In this document: piece by piece, positions 39,603-48,697 of the stretch
Numbering within the stretch: position 1 is the first letter of the stretch
Layout of the letters: every line of letters starts with the position of its first letter
Source of the DNA: an uncultured bacterium
Lineage (GTDB): Bacteria > Acidobacteriota > HRBIN11 > JAKEFK01
Direction of reading: 5' to 3'
Assembly: GCA_963777505.1 (NCBI GenBank)
Contig: CAVZQN010000004.1
Span: 928,001-992,000 of the forward strand
DNA: 64,000 bases
Notes under the pieces: model-generated
What the model was told of the DNA's origin: nothing
The model's database searches: none
What the model saw: only the letters and a program-made list of their open reading frames with translations
Position numbers and translations under genes: made by a program

Positions 39603-40013
39603 TTATTGCTTGTTTTCAGGCGGAGTCGCATCATCAGGAGGTGTTATTTCCATTTTCGTTACAAGGTTCTGAGAATCTACTTCCAATGAAACCTTGTCGC
39701 CTTTTTGTAGTTGGTCTACAGTAATCGACTGTCCTGCCTTGTTGAAAGTTGTTGTCTCGTTGAACTCGAGATCCTGGGTTGTTCTTGAACGCTCATCTTT
39801 CAGCGTAATTGTCTTCTTTACAAGATCAATCTTTTGAATGACGCCGGTGAGCTGCTGGTTTTGGCTTGTTGGAGCCTGTAGCTGATCCTGAGGCATCATC
39901 TGCTGCTGCTCTTCAGGTTTTTGCTGATCTTCAGGTCTCTGTTGATCTGTCTGTGCGAACGCAAATGCGGAGCATACAAACAGAAATAAAAAAGCAAATA
40001 AAGTTTTGTTCAT
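39603..40013 (-). CDS. Small secreted protein with an OB-fold-like (DUF5666/CusF-like) domain
   Basis: Signal peptide AFA, Gln-rich linker, G.I.KID....ITL...T.F......I....L.KGDKV.L. Confidence 0.6.
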   Translation of the reverse strand: MNKTLFAFLFLFVCSAFAFAQTDQQRPEDQQKPEEQQQMMPQDQLQAPTSQNQQLTGVIQKIDLVKKTITLKDERSRTTQDLEFNETTTFNKAGQSITVDQLQKGDKVSLEVDSQNLVTKMEITPPDDATPPENKQ

Positions 40014-40184
40014 AGTTACCTCCAGTGGAAATTAACTCAGGAGGTTCACCATGGACGCCACTATTAAAGTTAGGTTTGAACTCCGTATATTCAACCTGTC
40101 ATCAATACTTTGTTGCTCGTTCCCACTTGAAGCAGAGAGCGTTAAAATGTGCAATGAAAGGTTAGGTTGCATCAAGGAGGAGGA

Positions 40185-40706
40185 ATGAAATCTGCTATTG
40201 GGTTCATTGCGGTTCTGCTGCTGATTGGATGTTCATCCAAACATCCGAACATTTCCGAATTTCCCGCACCAGTCACTCTTACCAAAGATGTATGCAGCCG
40301 CGAACCGGAGCTTTGCGAAAAATCTTGCGCAGATTGTAAAGATCGCAAAGATTGCATGTTGAATAACGGAGTGTGCAAAACAGGCGGACTACACTTTAAT
40401 GACTCCGGAGATACGGGTAACGATATCTGGACACCCGGATGTCATTACGAATATAAAGATGCTGCTTGCGCGCAAAACCAGAATTTTTTTCTGGGTGATA
40501 TCTGCGGGACGAAAAATCCTAAGGAAATCATCGAGTGGACTGTTTCGGCTTGCCATGGTGCGATCGGAGATCGGGAAATATTTGACTGTGATAAAGAATG
40601 CAAGCGTGCGGATCTAGGAAGGGGTACATGCGTCGTTGTACCAAATGTCTGCGCAGGAAAGGACAGTGCTGCGTGCAAATGTGATAAGCCGTTACCGACT
40701 CCGTAA
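40185..40706 (+). CDS. Cysteine-rich lipoprotein
   Basis: AGGAGG RBS, lipobox LLIG-C, 16 further Cys; C-terminal CxxxC...GxC...CxC. Confidence 0.7.
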   Translation: MKSAIGFIAVLLLIGCSSKHPNISEFPAPVTLTKDVCSREPELCEKSCADCKDRKDCMLNNGVCKTGGLHFNDSGDTGNDIWTPGCHYEYKDAACAQNQNFFLGDICGTKNPKEIIEWTVSACHGAIGDREIFDCDKECKRADLGRGTCVVVPNVCAGKDSAACKCDKPLPTP

Positions 40707-40729
40707 TTAATTAATGCAGCTTTCTGGGA

Positions 40730-40771
40730 GACGTTTCATAACGTGAAACATGTTTCACAACATGAAACGTC
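40730..40771. promoter_or_regulatory. 42-bp near-perfect palindrome with two GTTTCA-N5-TGAAAC sites
   Basis: gacgtttcat-aac-gtgaaacatgtttcac-aac-atgaaacgtc, upstream of the 40873 gene. Confidence 0.55.
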
Positions 40772-40872
40772 TTGCACCAACTAAAGTTAGGTCTAAAACC
40801 CTGTCCATGGGACCAGCCTGCTTCTTGTTCGTGCCTCGATAATGAGAAGTGTTGAATTTCTTTGGAGGTAAC

Positions 40873-41778
40873 ATGAACAAGGTTGGATCAACGTCATCAA
40901 GTCCTTATACAGGTCAGATTCCAGGTGCCGAAACAAACGAGAAAATCAAAAGCCCGGCGCAATCACCCGCTGAATCTCCAATAACGCTAGATAAGAGCGT
41001 CAAACAAGAAGCTAAAACACGCGAAAGTGATTCTGATTTGCAGGCATCAGTTCGGAAAGAAACTTTGTTTGCTCAAGTAGATAAGCCCAAAACCGGAGGC
41101 GCAAGCGAAGCAAAATTCGTTGAAAGAAACTTAAAGAGCGATGCAGAGGTTAGAAAATTTGCCACTGAAAAAGCTTTTCCCGCAATTATGAAAGGGCTGG
41201 AGAAATCAGGTTTAGGAACCACCGAAGAAACCTGTAATCTTGCAGCAGGAATGCTCATGACGGCATTGAAAAAACAAGGAATCGAAGGAGCAAAGATCCG
41301 TTTCACAGCCAATCATGCATTCGTTGAAGTTCCTACAAAAAAGGGAACATTGATTCTCGATCCGACTGCAGGTCAGTTTTTTAAAGAAGGAAGTGAAATC
41401 AAATCAAAATTGAAAGCAGAAGGTTTTGTTGGAACGAAAGAAGAATTAAAAAAGACGATCCGTGAAAATATTATGGATTGGAAACATGAGTCGAATTTAG
41501 AGTTCCATCCAAACGTAGTAAAAGTAATTCAGGGAGAACGAATGGATAAGGAAAGTACCAGGGTTGCGGAAGCGCAAATCGACGACTTAGCTCATGTTGC
41601 TGAATTACGATATTTTTCAGGAGTAGATTATAGCGGCCCCGGTGATGACGCGATCAAGCAACACGAATGGTATGAAAAGGGCGACTTGGATCAGCCTTTC
41701 ATTAATAAGCTCAAGTCCGACATGGGCCCAACATTAAAGACCGCATATGAAACGATGGAGAAGGAACTGCTGAAATAA
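40873..41778 (+). CDS. Papain/transglutaminase-like Cys-His-Asp protein with disordered N-terminus
   Basis: ETCNLAA (Cys at helix start), NHAFVEV (His), LILDPTAGQF (Asp); GGAGG RBS before ATG 40873. Confidence 0.6.
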   Translation: MNKVGSTSSSPYTGQIPGAETNEKIKSPAQSPAESPITLDKSVKQEAKTRESDSDLQASVRKETLFAQVDKPKTGGASEAKFVERNLKSDAEVRKFATEKAFPAIMKGLEKSGLGTTEETCNLAAGMLMTALKKQGIEGAKIRFTANHAFVEVPTKKGTLILDPTAGQFFKEGSEIKSKLKAEGFVGTKEELKKTIRENIMDWKHESNLEFHPNVVKVIQGERMDKESTRVAEAQIDDLAHVAELRYFSGVDYSGPGDDAIKQHEWYEKGDLDQPFINKLKSDMGPTLKTAYETMEKELLK

Positions 41779-41845
41779 CTGTTTTCTTTCGACGAAGAAG
41801 TTGTTGCTTTGCCTGGCGGGCATATAGTAGTTACAATATTGCTCC

Positions 41846-43675
41846 ATGTGTGGAATCGTCGGGTATATCGGGAAGAAGGAAGTTGTTCCAGTTTTAATCG
41901 ATAGCTTAAAGCGATTGGAATATCGCGGCTACGATTCAGCAGGTATTGCTGTAGTAAATGATGGCGAATTGGTTATTCGCCGTGCCGCTGGCAAACTTAC
42001 CAATCTTGAAGATGTCTTAAAGACGAATCCCGTGCGTGGTCTATACGGAATTGGACATACGCGCTGGGCTACACATGGGCGTCCAACCGAAGAGAATGCC
42101 CATCCTCATCGTGATTGTAAGAATCGCATCGTCGTTGTTCATAACGGCATCATTGAAAATTATCTTGAGTTGAAGCATGCGCTGATAAAAGATGGCCATC
42201 GTTTTGTAACTGAAACCGATACGGAAATCGTCGCGCATTTAATCGAAAAATATTACGAAGGCAATTTACAAAAAGCAGTTTTGAAAGCGTTTGCGGAAAT
42301 TCGTGGCGTTTATGCGATCGTGGCTTTAAGTGTCGATGAGCCCAACATGATTATTGGAGTGCGGAATGGCCCTCCACTCGTAATTGGAATTGGAAAGGAT
42401 GAATATTTTATTGCGAGTGATGTTTCTGCGCTATTGCAGCATACGCGGGAATTTATTTTCCTGGACAATCAGGAAATGGCAATCATTAGTCCGGAAGGTT
42501 CACGCATCGTATCGCTCAATGGTGAGGCCGTGAACCGTGAACCGCACCAGGTTAATTGGGATCCTGTTCAAGCTGAAAAAGGTGGATATAAACATTACAT
42601 GCTCAAAGAAATTTTTGAGCAGCCCCGCGCGATTCGTGAAACAATTGTCGATCGATTTTCACTCGAATCAGGCAAAATTCATCTGAATGGATTTCAATTC
42701 AGTGAAGCAGATCTTGCTGCAGTCCAAAAAATTAATCTAATCGCTGCCGGAACTTCATGGCATGCGGCACTTGTTGGTAAATTCTTACTGGAAGAACTGA
42801 CGCGTATTCCTACTGAAGTCGATATCTCTTCCGAATTTCGATATCGCAAGCCAATCATTCAACCCGGAACGCTTACAGTTGCAATTACTCAATCTGGTGA
42901 AACGGCAGATACGATTGCTGCGATTCGTGAAGCAAAAAAACTTGGCTCATTAACTTTGTCGATTACGAATGTTGCAGAAAGTATGATTGTTCGCGAAACG
43001 CAAGGTGCTTTGCTGACTCATGCCGGACCCGAAATCGGAGTTGCATCTACAAAAGCATTCACAACTCAACTCACTGCATTTTATCTTTTGGCACTCTATT
43101 TGGCTGAGCTGCGGAATACTTTGAGTGTGCAAGAACGGGTTGAAAGAATCCAGGGTCTGACAACGATTGCGAATCTTGTTGAAGCAATTTTGGAAAGACA
43201 CGAATCGCTTGAAGAAATTGCAAAGAAATATCACAACTGCACCGATTTCCTTTATCTTGGACGCGGCCTGAATTATCCAATCGCATTGGAAGGCGCTCTC
43301 AAACTGAAAGAAATTTCATATATCCATGCGGAAGGATATCCAGCCGGTGAAATGAAACATGGTCCTATTGCATTGATCGATGAGAAAATGCCTGTTGTGG
43401 CATTAATGCCGAAAGACAGACATTTTGAAAAAATCTGCAGCAATGTAAATGAAGCGCGTTCGCGTGAAGGGAAAATAATAGCCATTGCAACTGAAGGTGA
43501 AGAAAGTGTCCGTGATATCGCTCATGATGTTTTCTTTATTCCTGATACGGATCCGCTTCTGACTCCAATTTTGACTGTCATTCCTCTCCAACTCCTTGCG
43601 TATTACATTGCAATCCGCCGCGGTTGCGATGTGGATCAACCACGCAATTTGGCGAAGTCCGTAACTGTCGAGTAA
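41846..43675 (+). CDS. glmS: Glutamine--fructose-6-phosphate aminotransferase
   Basis: MCGIVG, LEYRGYDSAG, GHTRWATHG, QSGETAD, C-terminal PRNLAKSVTVE. Confidence 0.98.
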   Translation: MCGIVGYIGKKEVVPVLIDSLKRLEYRGYDSAGIAVVNDGELVIRRAAGKLTNLEDVLKTNPVRGLYGIGHTRWATHGRPTEENAHPHRDCKNRIVVVHNGIIENYLELKHALIKDGHRFVTETDTEIVAHLIEKYYEGNLQKAVLKAFAEIRGVYAIVALSVDEPNMIIGVRNGPPLVIGIGKDEYFIASDVSALLQHTREFIFLDNQEMAIISPEGSRIVSLNGEAVNREPHQVNWDPVQAEKGGYKHYMLKEIFEQPRAIRETIVDRFSLESGKIHLNGFQFSEADLAAVQKINLIAAGTSWHAALVGKFLLEELTRIPTEVDISSEFRYRKPIIQPGTLTVAITQSGETADTIAAIREAKKLGSLTLSITNVAESMIVRETQGALLTHAGPEIGVASTKAFTTQLTAFYLLALYLAELRNTLSVQERVERIQGLTTIANLVEAILERHESLEEIAKKYHNCTDFLYLGRGLNYPIALEGALKLKEISYIHAEGYPAGEMKHGPIALIDEKMPVVALMPKDRHFEKICSNVNEARSREGKIIAIATEGEESVRDIAHDVFFIPDTDPLLTPILTVIPLQLLAYYIAIRRGCDVDQPRNLAKSVTVE

Positions 43676-43700
43676 TTTTTTACCGCAGAGACCAAAGGAA

Positions 43701-43726
43701 TGAGGCGGGCACTAAGGCCCGCCTCA
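43701..43726. terminator. Hairpin between convergent glmS and S8 protease genes
   Basis: tgaggcgggc-actaag-gcccgcctca, a perfect 10-bp stem. Confidence 0.7.
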
Positions 43727-43740
43727 CAAAATTAAGAACG

Positions 43741-46700
43741 CTACTCAGTTACTCGGATTTCTTCGATGGTTGCGGTTGTTTGCACAACTTTGAAACTAAC
43801 ATTGGATGAGGCCGGCACGGGTCCGGCGGGGACAGTCATTATTACCTGTCCGTTTACTGAAATCACAAACGCGGTGCCATCGTATTGGAGGCCGACTGTA
43901 TAAGTGACTCCGGGATCAAGCTGGAATGGTGCGGATTTCTTGGCCACGAGTACTCCGCCGGATCTTTGCCTGAACATCACCTTGTTAAGTCGTTCCCTAA
44001 GAATCAGCGAAACGCCATTCTGTTTGTCCTGTCTCCAATCCAAAATGATTTTGTCGAATATGCCGCCGGATGACTGGAGATCTACTTCAACGGTGCACGT
44101 GCTGCAGCCGAACACTCCTGATGGACTCCATGGTAGGGGCGCGAAGACCTGCGCCCTGCTGGAGCCGGTGCAAACAAGCGCGCCGGAATTTTCCTGGCAC
44201 GAACCTTTAACGACGTCCCAATCCATTACACCATCTTCGAAGTCATCGAAAAGCAGGTATGGAATAGTTTCAAACTCGGCCGTGACTGTTGTATCGGAGC
44301 TTAAGGTCACATTGCAGATTTCGTTGTTGGCTCCCGATGTGGAATCGCATCCGGTCCAACCATCAAAAAAGGAGTTGCTATCCGGTGATGCGGTAATCGC
44401 GAAGACTGTGCCGCTGTCTGCCTGTTGACTGCAATCTCCTGATTCTGTACCAGCGGTACTGCTACAGTTGATCGTTCCGCCTGGTGTTGTGTCCACCATC
44501 GTTCCGTTTCCGGTGCCTGTGCCGGCCGTTGTGAGAATCGGGTGTAGGGTGAAGGTAGCCGTTATGGTAAGGCTGCTCTGATTCACGGCAATGTTGCATG
44601 TGTCATTTGTTATATTTGTAGTACTAAGCAGAATCGCAGCCGGTCCATCCGCCGAATTCGAAGCCGAGATCAGGTGTGGCAACGACGGCGTAGTTGGCGC
44701 TGATAGCAGTGGTTTCGGTACAGTCGTTGGATGTGATTCCTCCGGTGCTGGTGCAGTTGATCGTGCCGCCGGGTGTGGTGTCCGTCATGGTTCCGTTGCC
44801 TGCGCCGGCTCCGGCGACTGTGAGAACGGATGGAGGAGTTGTGTCGATCGTGAAAGACCACACGGTAGACCACGCGCTGAAGGCGCCCGCTGCGAACGCG
44901 CGCACGCGCCAGAAGTATGTGTTATCAGCAAGCGCGCTTCCAGGCGTGAATGTGGAGACAGCAACGTTGGTATCGATTTCCGGACTGGAGAAATCGTTGT
45001 TGTTATCTACCTGGATCTGGTATTGCGTTGCACCACCGCCGCCGGTGGAATCAGTCCAATCAAATGTCGGAGTTGAATCGTTTATTGTTGCGCCATTTGC
45101 GGGAGAAAGCAGGACCGGCACGGAAGGCGGCGCTTGAATCGTGACGAGGTCCGCGCGATCACCGGACTGGTTATAGTGATGGAGCATCAGGATATCAGCA
45201 TTCCCATCCGGCTCGCCGGAAAGATTGAAAATCCAATCGAAAGCGGTTGCGTTAAGGTCATCCACGATCGGGATCATCCGTCCGGCAACGCCGAAGAACC
45301 CCTCATTCGGGGAAAATTTTGAATTGGTCGGATCAAAGGTCAACAACGGTGTCGTATCCGTGAATACAGTCGGAGGATTCGCCAGGGGATCGTTAAAATC
45401 AAATGTCATTAGCTTGAAATCGAAAGCCTGACCAGGATCTGTTGTATTTCCGCCTGTGTATTTTACGGTCCCAGCTCCTATTAGAGTATTCCAATAGGCC
45501 GGCGTGGTTCCTGAAGCCAGGAACATCACGTTGTTGTTGAAGATGTTGGTATCCATAACAGATGGATTGATCTGCTGATACTCGGTTATGCTGAATTCTG
45601 CACCTGCCCCGGAGCCAAGAAAATTGTTGATGTCCCGGAGAAAAACCATGAAAGTATCGCGGGAGCTGGATCCGCTAACGTTCGGTCTTGCTACCATGCA
45701 CCAATCAGTGCCGTCTCCAAACGCGCCGCCGGTTCCGTCCTGATTCAGATCGAGGCATAGCCACACATGTCGCATCGCGGGTGTATCCCAGTTTCCATAC
45801 ATGGAGAGACCGAAATACGTGCGGGTGCCCCCGACCGGGACATCGCTGCTGACTCCGACATACTGTATATCACCGCCATCCCATGCGTCAGGTCCGGGAT
45901 TCACTTCTGGACTTGTGTGCAAAAGCTCATACGCGCTGACGCGGCTGCGATACGTAGTTGTGCCCGCGCCCTGGTTCACCTGAACGCCAGTGAGTGGAAT
46001 GCTGACAACTCCCGTGGACGCGCCAGTATTCACTTGTGTTGGGGAATCCATATCAGACGCCGGGCGCGGCGCAGAATAAAGTGGAACTCGTAAATCTACA
46101 GTTGCTCCGGACACAGCATCGAGTACCGCATATCCCGTTTCTTCGGTGATCCAATGACGGAAAAAGGTATCTTGCTGGGTGGCGCTATTCACATCCATGA
46201 CATGGGTCATTGCGGATGGTGTGAAAGTAGTCGTCACGGTAAAAGTATTCGTGCTCATTGCGCCCACAGTAACGGAGCTGGGACTTACACTGAAAGCAAC
46301 ACCAGTGGCATCGTTGACCGTGTCGATAGAGAGGTTATACGTCACCGAAGTCCCTGTATTGTTTTCGACCGTGATGGTTTTATTTTCTGTTTGGGGACCT
46401 GCGTTGTTCAGAAAGAGATCTCCGGCGAATGTAACTCCCACAGCTGCCGGATTATCAGTGCCGTACGCGATGACTTCTTCAGTTGTTGCGTTTTCGACAT
46501 CGACTCTGCCTGCTCCGATACGGCTCGTTCCAAACCGTGCTATCAATCCGCCCGTGACAGTGCTCAACGAAAACACGTCATGTGTTGCGGTGCTCATCAC
46601 CAGGGCTTTCAGGTCCTCAACAGACCATGTGGGATATTGTTCGCGTAGTAATGCCATAACTCCTGCTACATGCGGTGAAGCCATGGACGTTCCGCTATTG

Positions 46701-48475
46701 AAAGCGCCTTCATTTCCAGCACAGGTACCTGTGTAACAGGTGCGCGTTGAAAGGATATTGGATCCGGGAGCAGTAATATCGGGCTTTAGCAGCAATTCTC
46801 CGGTAAGATTTCTGCGGCGAGGTCCGCGGGACGAGAAGGCTGCAAGAATGTCCGCGGAGTTTCCTCCGTTTTCAATAAGTTGGCCTTTTGCAGTGCCGAT
46901 GAAAGGATTGATTGCAGTGCCTGAGTCCAATGCAATCATTACAACCGGAATCGTGACCGGGTCTACAGCACCGTCGTCCGCCAACGATACGGGATTATTA
47001 TCGGTGTTCACGATCACCACGGCAGTTGCGCCGGCTGTCTGGGCGTTGAAAGCTTTTAGTTTTCCGCTGCAGGTGCCCCTGTTTATGAAAGCGACATTCC
47101 CTGCAGTAAACGTTGCAAAGTCTATAGCGTTGCAACCAAGTACGTTGGTTGGCTTCTGAAGCAGTGTAAGCGCTGGCGGAGCCGTTCCTGGAATCGCAGG
47201 AGAATAATTTGACTGATGCAAAGCATAGTACCTGTTATCCACAACGTTATCTGCATTCGTGTCAACATCCAGCGCGTTGTTCAACAATCCGCTGTCCAAT
47301 GATGCGGCAACGCTGATCGATTCTGTGACGGAGCCCGGCGTGCCGGTAATGTAGTGAGTGTCGCCGGAGTTGCCGGCCGAAGTTACTACGATTACACCCA
47401 CAGCCACAGCATTGGGGATCGCTGTTTCATATCCCGCAAAGCCATAGCTTGAACCAAGTGACATATTGATCACATCGTAGTGATCGCTGAAATCATCATC
47501 GCCATTCGGGTCCACGGCACGGTCGATTGCCTGGAGAACGAGATTGGTCGATCCTGAACAACCGAAGACTTTCAGAGCTACGATCGAAGCCTCCGGCGCA
47601 ACACCCGGACCGATCTCGAAGCCGGCAAGAGTGGCTGGAGTGAGATTATCGTAGCCGCCAGTGTAGGTGACGCCCCCATCCACGCCGGTGCCGGCAGCGG
47701 ATCCTGCGACGTGTGATCCGTGACCGTTGCAATCGGTGGGATCCGAATCCGGAACCGGAATATTAGAGCCATTATAGCTGTCACCTGCGAAATCAAATCC
47801 ATCAATTACTTTTGCTGTGGGAAATGTAATGCCATCAGAGTTGATCACATTAGGATCTTGTCCGGTGTAATTCACAGTACCTGCGAAATTTGCATGTACA
47901 TAATCGACGCCGGTATCGATCACTGCGATTGTAATTCCATTGCCTGTGAGCCCAAGTGTCGAAAGAGTCCCGGTTGAGTCCCACACCGTGTTCGCGCCGA
48001 TAAAAGGGACGCTCGTGGAATTCTCGATATAGTGTACGGGGGCAAGGCTGACCTTTTTGACGCCTGGCAGTTTCTGAAGCTCGCGAACTTTGCTCGCGTC
48101 CACTCTGATTACGATCGCATTCAGCACGCGCTGCACTGCATATAACTCGACTGCTCCAAGTTTCGTAAAGTTCTTCCGCAGCGCATCCTGCTGAGTGCGA
48201 ATCTCTTGCATCGATTTTGCAACAGCGGTGGCAGCGGCCGCCCTCCGCGCTCCATTGCGCATCTTCTCGGCGTAAACTTGTGCCGCCGGCTTCCCCTGAA
48301 GCTCGACTAGCAGTGTCAAGTTGCCGTCCGGCGCGTTTGGCGGAACTTCCGGTTTCCCTAGCTTTACGTCTTCCGACGCGTCGTTGCGCAACTTGATGTC
48401 CTCTTGTGCAAAGCAGAGAAACGGCGCAATGATAACCAAAACAAAACAAATCAGGCGTACTTGAATTTGAAACAT
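43741..48475 (-). CDS. Large secreted S8 subtilase (I9 propeptide, PA domain, Fn3/Ig-like and repeated beta domains), split by an apparent +1 frameshift at ~44629
   Basis: VIDTG, GHGSHVAG, SAGNSG and GTSMASPHVAG catalytic motifs; PA domain (RGTC...KAFNAQ.AGA). Removing one base after GWTGCDS reads on into ORF 43741..44682 (LSTTNITNDTC). Confidence 0.85.
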
Positions 48476-48697
48476 GAATCCCCCACAGTTTGAATTTTGA
48501 TTGACGAATAAGGATGGATATGACGATGCCCGGTTTCCCGGTGACAGAAACTTCCCCCCCTTCCCAATGTGGGAAAGAGTTTACAATCTTCCCGGACGCT
48601 ATGTCAACACTTTGAAGAGGAAAATAAATTACGCCAAAGAGGATTCTTCGTTTATCATATTAGTATGTAGGTATTAGTTTATTGTACGAATAAATCT

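Noticed and set aside
40730-40771. parS site
   Set aside because: parS has GTTTCA-CG-TGAAAC (2-nt centre); here the spacer is 5 nt.
43640-43740. Tn7 insertion at attTn7 downstream of glmS
   Set aside because: No tns genes or Tn7 end sequences are visible.
43741-48475. S8 protease as the LanP of the RiPP cluster
   Set aside because: It lies beyond glmS, differs in base composition and has a large PA/Ig-repeat architecture unlike LanP; no link is supported.
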